Assembly: GCA_963663965.2 (NCBI GenBank) | Contig: CAXXFK010000030.1 | Span: 32,001-96,000, forward strand | DNA: 64,000 bases | Direction: 5' to 3' | DNA from: Sedimentisphaerales bacterium | Lineage (GTDB): Bacteria; Planctomycetota; Phycisphaerae; Sedimentisphaerales; SM23-30 | Shown here: piece after piece, positions 19,001-28,260 of the stretch | Layout of the letters: the number at the start of each line of letters is the position of its first letter | Numbering within the stretch: the first letter of the stretch is position 1 | The notes under the pieces: generated by a model | Told to the model about the DNA's origin: nothing | The model's database searches: none | The model's input: only the letters and a program-made list of their open reading frames with translations | Made by a program: the position numbers and the translations under genes

Positions 19001-20740
19001 ATTAAAGGTGTAACTGTCCAGGGTACCGATGGGTAATCCGTTCAATAAGACCTGATCAACTTCAAAGCCGGGGTCAGGATTAAAGGTAAATGTCTGAGAG
19101 CCGCCGGCATTAACCGAAACGGGACCGGCGGGAATGATGGCGCCGTTGATATCGGCCGAAGCCGTGATGGTATAGCTGGATGGCGAGTAGTTGTACCATC
19201 GCGTGTAGATATTGGCTTTCTGGGTGATGCCTTCATCCAGAGACAGGGTATAATCAAATTTCGCGGTGCGGGTGCTTTCGCCATTGTATATGTAGTCGGT
19301 ATTGCAGATGACCGCGATGATGACATTATTCATGACATTAGCCAACGGGATACTACACGCGCCACTGCTGACCGGGACACCGTAGTGAATGGATCCGCCG
19401 GTATCGCGATAAACCAGCTGGCAGCTCATGTTGGCGCCGATGGGATTGAATGTGACGGAGGCTTGCGCGGCGGCGGGATCGATCGTGAGTGGAATTTGAT
19501 TGGCCCCGCTCCATCCGGGCAAGGTGCGTTCTTCCGGAATCAGCACGTTGTCAGATTGAGAGGTGTTGACATAACAGGTGGCGTTCCAGGTGGGGCAATT
19601 GATCCAGTAAGGCTGCCATTCGGGTTCGATCGACGCATTCCAGGAATTATTCAGCAATTGTCGGAAGGCATAAGACCAGGGACCGAAATCGCAAAAGGCC
19701 TGACGCGCGCGGTATTCCTGGATCAGGCGTCGGGTCTGCGCGGCGCCCAATCCTCCCGGCGCCTCGGCCAGATCCTGTAACACGCGGCCGCTATAGTGGC
19801 AATTGCGCCAGATCCAGGCGATGCTTTTTGGGCCCAGAATGACTTCGAGTGCGTGCGGGAAGCATTCGCCGTATTGAGCGCCGCCCAGCAGGTTTCGCCA
19901 GGTACAGATTTGCTGGTTATCTTCGAAGCGATTAACCCCTTCGGCGCAAGGACCGCCAAAGGAACCATCCTGCAACCAGCCGCTATAGCATTCAATCGGC
20001 ATGAAGGGCGCGATCGCCGCGCCGACGCTCAACCAGCCCAGCCCGCTGAAGTTGCCGGATCGCTGCGCTTCCATGGTGCCTTGCAACCAGGTATTGCCTC
20101 CTTCATGGAACCAGCAGGAACGGGTGCAGCCGGGCATACTGGCCAGAATGCAGTGAATGCCCTCATGAACCATGGCGCCGGTTTGATAGCCTTTATCGCT
20201 ATTGGTGTATGAGGGATCGAAACAATTGACTGGATAATAGGAGGCGAGTATCATCGGCCAGTTCTGGCCATTGTAATACACCGAACCCATCCAGCCGCCG
20301 GTGTCGGTATTGGAGGCGTTGTCGGTGCTTAAGCCGGAGCCGTATAAATAGACGGCGCTGTAATAGCCGTTGCGGGCGCGGAGATCACGCGGCCAGCGCA
20401 TGATGTCAGTGATATAGGCGAAATCTTCGTTGAGCCGCTCGAGCATCGGTATCCAGTCGGCCTCGGTGACGGCTGGGTTTTTATTGGCGCCCCAGCGAAA
20501 ACACCACCAGCCATCGGTATAGGTTCCCGCGACGCCCGATACATCATTCAGCACTTTGGTTGGGGGATTGAGTGTGCCGAATTCATCCTGGTAGTCGTAA
20601 GCGATGGCGGGCTGGTATTGCGGCCATTGGAAATACTGGGATGATTGCGCGGGGCATTTTGTGGCTAGCACGACCATTACCAAAAATAACAAGAATAATC
20701 GAATGCCTGAGCTGCTTTTTTTCACGTTCGAAGATTTCAT
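16085..20740 (-). CDS. Large secreted modular protein: HExxH domain, bacterial beta-repeat, 2 LamG domains, 3 Ig/cadherin-like repeats, dockerin-like C-terminus
   Basis: Signal peptide and VHEGIH. LamG motifs WQRIFDFG, WTHVAVT and IDDFRIY occur twice; GPDWL...G.LSG.P occurs three times; ends ADLNGNSAVDMTDF...W. Confidence 0.85.
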   Translation of the reverse strand: MKSSNVKKSSSGIRLFLLFLVMVVLATKCPAQSSQYFQWPQYQPAIAYDYQDEFGTLNPPTKVLNDVSGVAGTYTDGWWCFRWGANKNPAVTEADWIPMLERLNEDFAYITDIMRWPRDLRARNGYYSAVYLYGSGLSTDNASNTDTGGWMGSVYYNGQNWPMILASYYPVNCFDPSYTNSDKGYQTGAMVHEGIHCILASMPGCTRSCWFHEGGNTWLQGTMEAQRSGNFSGLGWLSVGAAIAPFMPIECYSGWLQDGSFGGPCAEGVNRFEDNQQICTWRNLLGGAQYGECFPHALEVILGPKSIAWIWRNCHYSGRVLQDLAEAPGGLGAAQTRRLIQEYRARQAFCDFGPWSYAFRQLLNNSWNASIEPEWQPYWINCPTWNATCYVNTSQSDNVLIPEERTLPGWSGANQIPLTIDPAAAQASVTFNPIGANMSCQLVYRDTGGSIHYGVPVSSGACSIPLANVMNNVIIAVICNTDYIYNGESTRTAKFDYTLSLDEGITQKANIYTRWYNYSPSSYTITASADINGAIIPAGPVSVNAGGSQTFTFNPDPGFEVDQVLLNGLPIGTLDSYTFNNVRGNYTISVTFKGKQQVSIRFQGDLPDYGSEDIYFLNESTADTGNVNEGNDAATVISQDNNSLGQTFTTGPDPQGYLLSGLWLRHVNYAPTEWDINNRGARLQIRLLSVQGSSLSEILVSNYTVTGDEPGNTLMADPATNNTGTGTWIHFDLGQVIALPPDTQYAFDITVPSSGPNFSFETAGVNSNGYPGGSAYRTSAKSALSLGSVYAGDHTFIADMIDRTAVETADVQYDFEGDTFDSSGNNFHATPNGAPAYSAGYLGDHAIDLDGADDYLSIPGDTVNHEDITIATWIRWDGGSNWQRIFDFGSSTSKYMYLTPSTSNKTMRFTIRTTSGGEQTLESSRLAVGQWTHVAVTLAGDTGTLYVNGLEAATSDNITLNPTDLNPTENFIGKSRWSDPYFHGLFDDFRIYHHALPKPDIMALVTIGRELNSPVFLSNPVNATDATQDSAYLDSIADSATDPQNDPLTYRKVSGPDWLIVAGNGELSGTPANSDTGSNTFTIRVSDSNDNSDEAALIINVINVNDPPAWNTQSIIITDALENTLYSGSISGEASDIDAGDTLTFSKINGPDWLTVDSNGALSGIPTATDVGENIFTLRVSDSNGDYDDAMLSITVHSLSMIAHYTFDNNPNDSIGTNHGTITGAVTYPAGRIDQAIDLDGSQDYVTLPAGLFNMEDITVTAWVNWDGGGYWQRIFDFGNNTSQYMFLTPRSGGGTLRFAVTTSGNGAEQMLETAILPTGQWVHIAVTLQGNVGKLYVNGTQRDSDNNISINPSDFNPANNFIGDSQWPGDPLFNGRIDDFRIYNYALSATQIAAIAAGNTAPSFITDPIGNLNGIELSSYTGAPLSTYATDADGMATVTFSKMSGPNWLTIAGNGSLSGTPQNTNVGLNAFKIRVQDPEGLFDTAQMTIQVANIYSGSQGMEDLLGLVSQWMTTGCMDNPRCQGADLNGNSAVDMTDFFILAGNWLKNDN

Positions 20741-21072
20741 AACAGGCCTTTAAAAAAAGCTTTTAATTTCAGCTGTTCGAAATAATATTGTTTCGATATC
20801 TGCCTGTTACGATTATATCATTGTCATGTGATTTTACCAAAAGAAAACCTGCCGGACAAGGCTAACTGAAACTATTATGAGAATCAGATATGATCTAATA
20901 GTGAGACGATAAACTAAGTAGGCTATTTCCAGACAGTTATCAATGGCGAGACCATTGCCGGCCTTATCCGGTTTCAGACTGCTGGGATAAGCTTATTGTC
21001 AGTATATCCAACTTAATGTTACAATCAAAGCATATCAGGGATGCCGGTTGGGGAGCAGATCGACAGGGCAGG

Positions 21073-22455
21073 TTACGCCATGGGATCGGCTTCCAACTGG
21101 TAGTGTTTCATTTTTTTGTAGAGAGTCGTGCGGTTGATATCGAGCAGATCGGCGGCGGCCTGCCGGTTCCAATTGACTTTGCGAAGCGCCACTTCAATGA
21201 TGCGTTTTTCCGGTTCTTCGAGCGCTTTTTTCAGACTGACGATCTGATCGGACCGGTCTTCATGATGGTCATCCTGAACCCATTTGAGGATGTGTTCGGG
21301 CAGATCTTCCGGTCGTACCAGCGGATTGCGGCTGAGGACCACGGCGCGTTCGATGACGTTTTCCAGTTCGCGGACGTTACCGGGCCAGTTATAACTTTCA
21401 AGGATTTTGAGCGCTTCATCGGAGAACCCGGTTTTAGTGCGCTGGTGAGTGGCGCACATATTTTTAAGGAACCGTTCGGACAGCAGGGCGATATCGGTGA
21501 TTCGTTCATGCAGGGGCGGCAGTTCGATATTGACGACATTGATACGATAATAAAGGTCTTCGCGGAATCGGCCGGCTCGGACCTCTTCGCGCAGATCGAC
21601 ATTGGCCGCCAGTACCACGCGGACATCGATAGTGTGGGTCTGGTTGCTGCCGACCGGTTCGAACTGGCGTTCCTGCAGGACGCGCAGCAGTTTCATCTGC
21701 ATGGTCATAGGCGCGGAATTAATTTCGTCCAGAAAGATTGTGCCGCCATCGGCTGCCAGGAATTTGCCGGGTTTATCGTTAACGGCGCCGGTGAAAGAGC
21801 CTTTGACATGACCGAACAGTTCGCTTTCGAGCAAGGTTTCGGGCAAGGCGCCGCAACTTAACTCAATAAAAGGTTTGTCCATGCGATCCGATCGATGATG
21901 AATGGCGCGCGCAATCAGACTTTTACCGGTACCGCTCTGGCCGCTGATCAGGACGGTGGCCTTGCTTTCGGCGACGGCGTCGACCAGTTCGAATACCTTG
22001 AGCATTTTGAAATCGTGGCCCACGACATTTTCCAGGCCGTACTGCTGGCGGAGTTGCTGTTTGAGGTTGCGGTTTTCCTCGAGCAGGGCCTGTTGGTCCA
22101 GCGCTCGTTTGATAGTCAGGCGAATTTCATCATCGACGATCGGTTTAGTCAGATAGTCATAAGCGCCCATCTTGATGGCTTCGACGGCGCTTTCGATGGT
22201 GCCGTAACCGGTGACGACGATCGTGACGATGGCCGGATAGCGTTTGCGTATAACCCGGAGCAATTCAAAGCCATCGGAACCGGGCATATTGACATCGGTA
22301 ATTACCAGATGGTAGGGGTGGCGTTCCAGTTCTTTGAGGGCGCTATTGAAACTGTCGGCGCCCTGGCACTGATAGCCTTCCATTTTAATGAATTCACAGA
22401 GGGAATCACGAATGATCTGGTCATCGTCAACGATAAGGATTCTCTTGTCTGACAT
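21073..22455 (-). CDS. Sigma54-dependent response regulator (NtrC/AtoC/ZraR family)
   Basis: REC domain (ILIVDDD, TDVNMP, KP), Walker A GQSGTGKS, ESELFGH..GSFTGA, FLDEI, WPGNVREL and a Fis-type HTH. Confidence 0.95.
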   Translation of the reverse strand: MSDKRILIVDDDQIIRDSLCEFIKMEGYQCQGADSFNSALKELERHPYHLVITDVNMPGSDGFELLRVIRKRYPAIVTIVVTGYGTIESAVEAIKMGAYDYLTKPIVDDEIRLTIKRALDQQALLEENRNLKQQLRQQYGLENVVGHDFKMLKVFELVDAVAESKATVLISGQSGTGKSLIARAIHHRSDRMDKPFIELSCGALPETLLESELFGHVKGSFTGAVNDKPGKFLAADGGTIFLDEINSAPMTMQMKLLRVLQERQFEPVGSNQTHTIDVRVVLAANVDLREEVRAGRFREDLYYRINVVNIELPPLHERITDIALLSERFLKNMCATHQRTKTGFSDEALKILESYNWPGNVRELENVIERAVVLSRNPLVRPEDLPEHILKWVQDDHHEDRSDQIVSLKKALEEPEKRIIEVALRKVNWNRQAAADLLDINRTTLYKKMKHYQLEADPMA

Positions 22456-22514
22456 AGATAACACTCTCCGGTGGGTTAAGCTGGTTATCCCATTCAAGGA
22501 TAGCAGGTCGATTA

Positions 22515-23606
22515 TTAGTTACTCATTTCGGATTGGCCATTGGCCCAGCTGGTTTGATCCAGCGGGATGGTAATAGTAAAAGTACAGCCCCGGTCGGGAT
22601 TATTAGCGACGGTAAGCCGGCCGCCATAACGTTCGATGATATCGCGGCAGATGGGCAGGCCCAGGCCGGTGCCTTTGCCGGTTTCTTTTGTGGTAAAGAA
22701 TGGTTCAAATACGCGGTCTATCAGATTCTGATCGATACCGCTGCCCTGATCGGAGCAGGTGACGATCATATTGGTGTCATTGGTTTCAGTGGCCAGGACA
22801 ATCCGGCCGCCATCGGGCATGGCATCAATCGCATTTTTAATCAGGTTGCAAAAGACCTGGAACAGATTGCCGCTACGGATATTGGGCATGGGTTCCTGTA
22901 AGTCGCGTACAATTTCAATATCGAACTCTTCCGCCTTGAGTTCCAGCATGCGCACGGCGTCTTCCAGTAGTTTGTTGACGTCGGCATGTTCGGACGAGGA
23001 ACGGGCCTCCCGGGAAAAATCGAGCATATCGCTCAGAATGCGCACCATGCGTAACAGGCCGTGATGGGATTCCTTGAGATATTTAATCAGGGTCAGATTT
23101 TCCTGCTGCTGGGCCAGCCGGATGCCCAGATTCAGATAGCGGATAATCCCATCGAGAGGATTATTCAACTCGTGGGCCACTTTGGAAGATAATTTACCAA
23201 GGGCCGCCAGGCGTTCGGCATTGGCCAGATCGCGGGTCACGAGGGCTTCTCGAGTGACATCTTCGGCAATCAGATATCCGCCGGCAGAGGGCGAGCGATC
23301 CTCCTGCAGCATAGGAATGCAGATCAATTTAAGAATCAGGTCGCGTTGGGGGTGTTGACAGGTTACCTGCTCGAAAGAACGGGTCTGATTATTATGTAAT
23401 ATGGTCTGGAACAGGTTGTGCCAGGAATCTCCATTGGGTGGCGTTGCCCCGATTAGCAAATCGGGCAGTTCATCGCCGGCCGGCAGAAGCTTGACGGCGG
23501 CTGGATTCGAGTCGATGATCTTTAGTTCATGATCGAACACAACCACTGCCATGGGCATCTGGCTGATGAATTGGCGGGCAAATTTTGTTAAAAGGCTTCC
23601 TGACAT
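22515..23606 (-). CDS. Cytoplasmic PAS sensor histidine kinase
   Basis: AHELNNPL, NLIKNAIDA, DQGSG, FEPFFTTK and GTGLGL; N-terminal PAS-like region, no TM. Confidence 0.93.
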   Translation of the reverse strand: MSGSLLTKFARQFISQMPMAVVVFDHELKIIDSNPAAVKLLPAGDELPDLLIGATPPNGDSWHNLFQTILHNNQTRSFEQVTCQHPQRDLILKLICIPMLQEDRSPSAGGYLIAEDVTREALVTRDLANAERLAALGKLSSKVAHELNNPLDGIIRYLNLGIRLAQQQENLTLIKYLKESHHGLLRMVRILSDMLDFSREARSSSEHADVNKLLEDAVRMLELKAEEFDIEIVRDLQEPMPNIRSGNLFQVFCNLIKNAIDAMPDGGRIVLATETNDTNMIVTCSDQGSGIDQNLIDRVFEPFFTTKETGKGTGLGLPICRDIIERYGGRLTVANNPDRGCTFTITIPLDQTSWANGQSEMSN

Positions 23607-23881
23607 GGTGATGTTTCATTAAATCACACTTGTTTATTTCTGGCACACCGCGGTACAATCCCCGCAACATGTTCAATATGAAAAATAAAATTGATTTGGT
23701 AGGGTGTCAAGCGAGTTGTTGAATTAAAACAACATTCATGAGGTGTTTCGTTGCATTGTCTAGAATGGCGATACGATTATATGGATTATATAAAATTTAA
23801 GGATAAAATAGACTATAACGATTGTATTGATTATAATGGATGTGTTTATTGTAGTCAGAGAATCCAAACAGGAGACCAGCG

Positions 23882-24196
23882 ATGATTCGTAACGCTTTTA
23901 AAATGAAGTTAAAACCGGGCCATGAAGAAGAATATAAGCGCCGTCACGACGCGCTCTGGCCGGAATTGGCTGACGCGCTGAAACAGGCGGGCATATCCGA
24001 TTACGCGATTTTTCTGGATGAAGAGACACTGACTCTCTTTGCCGTTCAGAAACTGGCCGAAGGGCATCGCGCCGACACTCTTCCGGACCATCCGGTGGTA
24101 AAAAAGTGGTGGGCCTATATGGCGGATATCATGGAGACCAATCCGGATAATTCTCCGGCCTGGGAACCCTTGCGGGAGGTGTTTTATTTACCGTAA
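23882..24196 (+). CDS. rhaM: L-rhamnose mutarotase
   Basis: [30 protein letters not shown] and L.EVFYL. Confidence 0.93.
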   Translation: MIRNAFKMKLKPGHEEEYKRRHDALWPELADALKQAGISDYAIFLDEETLTLFAVQKLAEGHRADTLPDHPVVKKWWAYMADIMETNPDNSPAWEPLREVFYLP

Positions 24197-24259
24197 CCGC
24201 GGCCTGTCAAGCAGGGGGGAATTCTGGGGAAGAGAAATCGGCAGGATTGCCGGGCTGTT

Positions 24260-25459
24260 TTATTGAATTTGCAAGCCGACGATGGTGACGTCATCCCTTG
24301 GGTGGAGCGACCCTTCTTCCATATCGATGATCTGAGCCAGTTGGTTGCACATGGATTCGATATCGAGATTGGAAAGGTAGGCGAATTCATGGCGGAACTG
24401 GAGCGTGCTTTCGGGACCTTCATTGGTGAAGGCCAGTTCGACGCCATCGCTATAGAGCAGGAGTTTGTCGCCCTGATGCAGCTGGAAAGTCTGGGTTTCC
24501 CAGCTCTGGTTATCAAAGACTCCCAGCAGGGAACCCCGAACATCCAGTTCGTGATTCAAATGATTGCAATCGATGCGCAGCGGCATGGGATGGCCGCCGT
24601 TGGCGATTCTTAGTTCCAGTGTTTTATAATTCAGGATGCCGTAACAGCAGGTTACGAACTGAAAATCGCTCAGATGCTGGTTGAGCAGATCGTTATTGAG
24701 CATCATCAGCGCTTCGCCGGGATCGACCAGTTCATAGTTGTGTCCGGTGATGCGTTTGGTAATGAGGGCCCGTTTGATAAAAATGGTTAACAAGGCGGCC
24801 GGCATACCATGCCCAACGGCATCGGCGACATAGAAGCCCACGTGCTCTTCATCCAGTCGCATGATATCGTAAATGTCACCGCTGACCCAGGTGGCGGGAC
24901 GGAAAACCGTGGTGAATTTCAAGCCGGGCAGTTCCGGCAGGCTTTTGGGCAGAAAATCGCGCTGCAAACGCGCGGCGAGGTGCATTTCTTCATTGACTTC
25001 CTGGAAATGATGACTGAGCGGTTGGCCAACGAGTTTCAGGCGCTGAATTTCCTGGTAGAGATTCTGGATATGTCCCCGAACATCGCGTAAAGCCGCCAAT
25101 CGGCCCTTGAACATATCGATGGATTCCCGGCTATCGACTGTAAAAATACCCCTGTCGCCATCGGCGATTGGTCCGGCTTGATTTTGATTGGGATCGGCCA
25201 AAACCAGCGTTTGTATCGTCAGGCGATTCAATTCATGGAGCAACGGCTTGATCTCCGCGTGCAGCGAGCTGGCTGACAACCCCTCCAGTGTCAGAACAGC
25301 CGCCGCAAACGGATGATTGGATTTTGCCAGATTCAACGCGTCTTCCGGACAGCAGGCACGGCAAATGAGTCCTAACTCCGTGATGGCAGATTCCAGTGAG
25401 GCGACCTGCTCAGAGGGCCGCTGAGGATCTGTGATCAGTAAAATTTCTTTTGTGGTCAT
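24260..25459 (-). CDS. PP2C/SpoIIE-family (RsbU-like) Ser phosphatase with a degenerate receiver-like N-terminus
   Basis: A.LQ..LP, VSGD.YD, ADAVGHG, NGGHP, YSDG and DDVT. The start is probably MTTKE (track start 25567). Confidence 0.9.
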   Translation of the reverse strand: MTTKEILLITDPQRPSEQVASLESAITELGLICRACCPEDALNLAKSNHPFAAAVLTLEGLSASSLHAEIKPLLHELNRLTIQTLVLADPNQNQAGPIADGDRGIFTVDSRESIDMFKGRLAALRDVRGHIQNLYQEIQRLKLVGQPLSHHFQEVNEEMHLAARLQRDFLPKSLPELPGLKFTTVFRPATWVSGDIYDIMRLDEEHVGFYVADAVGHGMPAALLTIFIKRALITKRITGHNYELVDPGEALMMLNNDLLNQHLSDFQFVTCCYGILNYKTLELRIANGGHPMPLRIDCNHLNHELDVRGSLLGVFDNQSWETQTFQLHQGDKLLLYSDGVELAFTNEGPESTLQFRHEFAYLSNLDIESMCNQLAQIIDMEEGSLHPRDDVTIVGLQIQ

Positions 25460-25622
25460 GAAAAATCTGGTTAAAACACTTGATAGAAAACAAGTTATTG
25501 CTTGATGACTCCGGTCGGCAAACCGGTCGCCGGGCATTTTCCTGGGGAAACTTGCCCTACTTAACATCGTCGTTAACCGGGGGCGTCTTTATCCTTAAAA
25601 TCGATAAAGTTTAAATATCATA

Positions 25623-25647
25623 AAAAAAGCGCACCTTTAGGGTGCGC
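25623..25647 (-). terminator. Intrinsic terminator after the aldolase-like gene
   Basis: GCGCACC/GGTGCGC stem followed by a T-run on the minus strand. Confidence 0.6.
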
Positions 25648-25695
25648 CAGGGAAAATCTGATTTAAAGTTAATAATACAAGAGCATTATCAGCGT

Positions 25696-26664
25696 TTACG
25701 CTTCATTCAATTTATCATAGAATTTGACAAATTGATCACGTTCCGGGCTGTCCAGCCATTCGATGGCGGCTGAAGGATGGCGGTTGAGATGGGCAGTGAC
25801 CAGATAGGGGATCATATAGCCCCATTCCATTTCAGTACGAAGTTTAAGGAAATGATCTTCGATGCACTTAAGTATCGGACGTAATTGATATTTGGGATTT
25901 TTGATAAACGATATCAGCAATTCGAGGGGGCAGTTGCCGGCGCCGCGGCCCATGCCGAAAATGGTTGCGTCGAGACGGGTAACCCCGGCAAACATCGCTT
26001 CGAGAGTATTGGAAAAGCCCAGCTGCAGGTTGTTGTGACCATGGAAACCGACTTCTTTGCCGGTGGCGCGGGCGGCCTTGAGATATTTTTTGGCCAGATC
26101 ACGGATATGTTCACCCATGAGGGTGCCAAAACTGTCAACAATAACGATGGTTTCGGCTTCGGACTGGGAAAAGATTTCGAGCGCTTCGAGCAGTTCCTTG
26201 TCTTTAACGATGGAAATGGCCATTAAATTGACGCAGACTTCATAGCCTTTATCCTTGGCATCTTTGATCATATTGATGGCAGTGGGTATCTGGTGGATAT
26301 AGGTGGCCACCCGAATCAGGTCGATCACGCTTTGTTCGCGGGGCAGGATATCGGTCCGATAATCGGTTTTTTCGGCGTCGGCCATAACGGAGAGTTTCAG
26401 ATCGGTTGGGTTATCGCCGACGATCCGGCGGATACTGTCTTCGTCGCTGAATTTCCAGTCGCCGAATTTATTACGTGCGAAAATCTTTTTATCTCCTTTG
26501 TAGCCAACTTCCATGTAATCGACGCCGCCTTCGACACAGGCGTGGTAGACGCCGCGTACGACCTCGTCATCAAACAGGTGACTGTTGATTAATCCGCCAT
26601 CGCGAATCGTGCAGTCAAGCACTTTGACATCCGATCTGGAATCGAGCAGGGTTACTTGTGCCAT
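25696..26664 (-). CDS. DRE-TIM (HMGL-like) metallolyase, 4-hydroxy-2-oxovalerate aldolase-like catalytic domain
   Basis: LDCTIRDGG, VDSFG, GFHGHNN and GMGRGAGN. Confidence 0.85.
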   Translation of the reverse strand: MAQVTLLDSRSDVKVLDCTIRDGGLINSHLFDDEVVRGVYHACVEGGVDYMEVGYKGDKKIFARNKFGDWKFSDEDSIRRIVGDNPTDLKLSVMADAEKTDYRTDILPREQSVIDLIRVATYIHQIPTAINMIKDAKDKGYEVCVNLMAISIVKDKELLEALEIFSQSEAETIVIVDSFGTLMGEHIRDLAKKYLKAARATGKEVGFHGHNNLQLGFSNTLEAMFAGVTRLDATIFGMGRGAGNCPLELLISFIKNPKYQLRPILKCIEDHFLKLRTEMEWGYMIPYLVTAHLNRHPSAAIEWLDSPERDQFVKFYDKLNEA

Positions 26665-26823
26665 TGGGATTCTCCGGTTAACAAGGTTTCCAATCCAGCC
26701 AGAGAAAGACGGTTGGATGTGAATGAATTATTAAAGCTGACTGAAAGCCCGATAAATAGCGGGCCAATTCGAATAATTCATTATACCATACGGCGCGGGA
26801 AACGGGAATAGAAAATCAGGTTA

Positions 26824-28152
26824 TCAGGAGTTTTCGCCTGGTTTGGCGCGCTCGAGCCATTCATCGAGGAGTGCTTTGTTTTCGCGAAGAAACCGGACGG
26901 GTTTGGTGTTGCGGGGGGTGATCATGCCGGCGGGCGACAGGATGAGCCAATCCGTGAGCTGGTTGACGGGATGCCGGCCGCGATCCCCCAGTTTCATGTT
27001 TTGAATATTGAATGGATTGCATTCCAGGGTCGCATCGATTTCGTTGTCATAGAGATCATTCACGGAAAACCACATATGTTCCAGGTCGTCTGGACCGCCA
27101 TTATCGATGGGATACCCGATTTTAATCAGGGGTTGAAATCCGTAGGGCAGGAATTCCCGGGTATAGGTTCTATAAGCGTGATACGTTGCCCGGGCCCGTT
27201 CGGCCATCATTAAGGACGCGGCGTGAGAAAATTGAATCAGGCCTTCATCTTCGAAGGGTTGGGACAGGAATTTTGACGGGATGATTTTTCTGGATCGGAA
27301 GAACGCAAAGCCTCTTTGAGGTTCACACGCAACGGATCGTTTGGCGGAATGATATTCATCATGATCCCGCAGGCCGGTGAATGACTTTTCAGCGTTCGAC
27401 TGAAAATCGGCCGCCGGTACCAGGCGAATCGGTTTGTTATGGGCCAGCGAGAATTTATCCGTATTGGGTTTGAGGTTGCCTTCGATAATGGCAAAGATTA
27501 AAGACCTTAAGACATCTTTGGCGCGACCGGTCACGTCTTCTGAAGGCCGCAGGATGTCGATATCAAAGAATCCGATCTCGGCCAGGCCATGGGAATGGAG
27601 CCAGTTTACCGGAGTATTGGAATTATCGTCCTTTTCGTTGTCTGATTCCGCATGGACGGCATGCCAGTGAATGATATGATCGACATCCAGGTCGGCGTTG
27701 TGGGCCACTTCTTCAGCCAGCGCCTGGGGCGACCAGATGGACCGGGCCAGCAGGTCTATAGCCCCCAGTCCATCCTGTCCCATGATGGCGTGCATGAAGC
27801 GCAAGGCGCATTTCCGATCATGCAGGATGTTATTTTTCTGCGAATTCATCGATAGCGACAGCCAGTGTCCGGCGCGCGAGACTTCCTGTCGTTCCAGATC
27901 GGTTAACGACACCACCTGCTCGACCAGGCTTCGAAGGGGGGGGCTGGTTTTTTGCGGGCAAAATAAAGTCGCGCGACCCCATTCGGAATGATTCAGTTCG
28001 AGAGCCCAGCGATGGGGATGTTCCGGCCGAGCGGGTTTGAGTTCGATACAGTTTTGAGTTAGAAACTGAAAATCTTCCGGACGGGCCGGCAAAGATCCGG
28101 GAAACAGCAGGCCGCCCATAAACGGCACAGGTTTTTTAAAAAGGTCAAACAC
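26824..28152 (-). CDS. DUF4026/DUF2314-like protein
   Basis: WLHSHGL motif; C-terminal ERARAT, EHMWF and TDW; GTG start with AGGAGG RBS. Confidence 0.65.
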   Translation of the reverse strand: MFDLFKKPVPFMGGLLFPGSLPARPEDFQFLTQNCIELKPARPEHPHRWALELNHSEWGRATLFCPQKTSPPLRSLVEQVVSLTDLERQEVSRAGHWLSLSMNSQKNNILHDRKCALRFMHAIMGQDGLGAIDLLARSIWSPQALAEEVAHNADLDVDHIIHWHAVHAESDNEKDDNSNTPVNWLHSHGLAEIGFFDIDILRPSEDVTGRAKDVLRSLIFAIIEGNLKPNTDKFSLAHNKPIRLVPAADFQSNAEKSFTGLRDHDEYHSAKRSVACEPQRGFAFFRSRKIIPSKFLSQPFEDEGLIQFSHAASLMMAERARATYHAYRTYTREFLPYGFQPLIKIGYPIDNGGPDDLEHMWFSVNDLYDNEIDATLECNPFNIQNMKLGDRGRHPVNQLTDWLILSPAGMITPRNTKPVRFLRENKALLDEWLERAKPGENS

Positions 28153-28260
28153 AATGAATTCCTCCTGACTCAGGGTACCTCATATCGATTAAGTTACTTG
28201 TTTTTTTGCTATCGTAGTCCGCTTTGAGGCGTACACGCCTGCCAAATTGCCAACGGGGAT

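Noticed and set aside
21016..22452. Long + strand ORFs (281 and 185 aa)
   Set aside because: Antisense shadows of the clearly conserved sigma54 regulator. The same applies to most nested short ORFs in the track.
23641..23657. Sigma54 promoter (TGGCAC)
   Set aside because: No GC at the -12 position.
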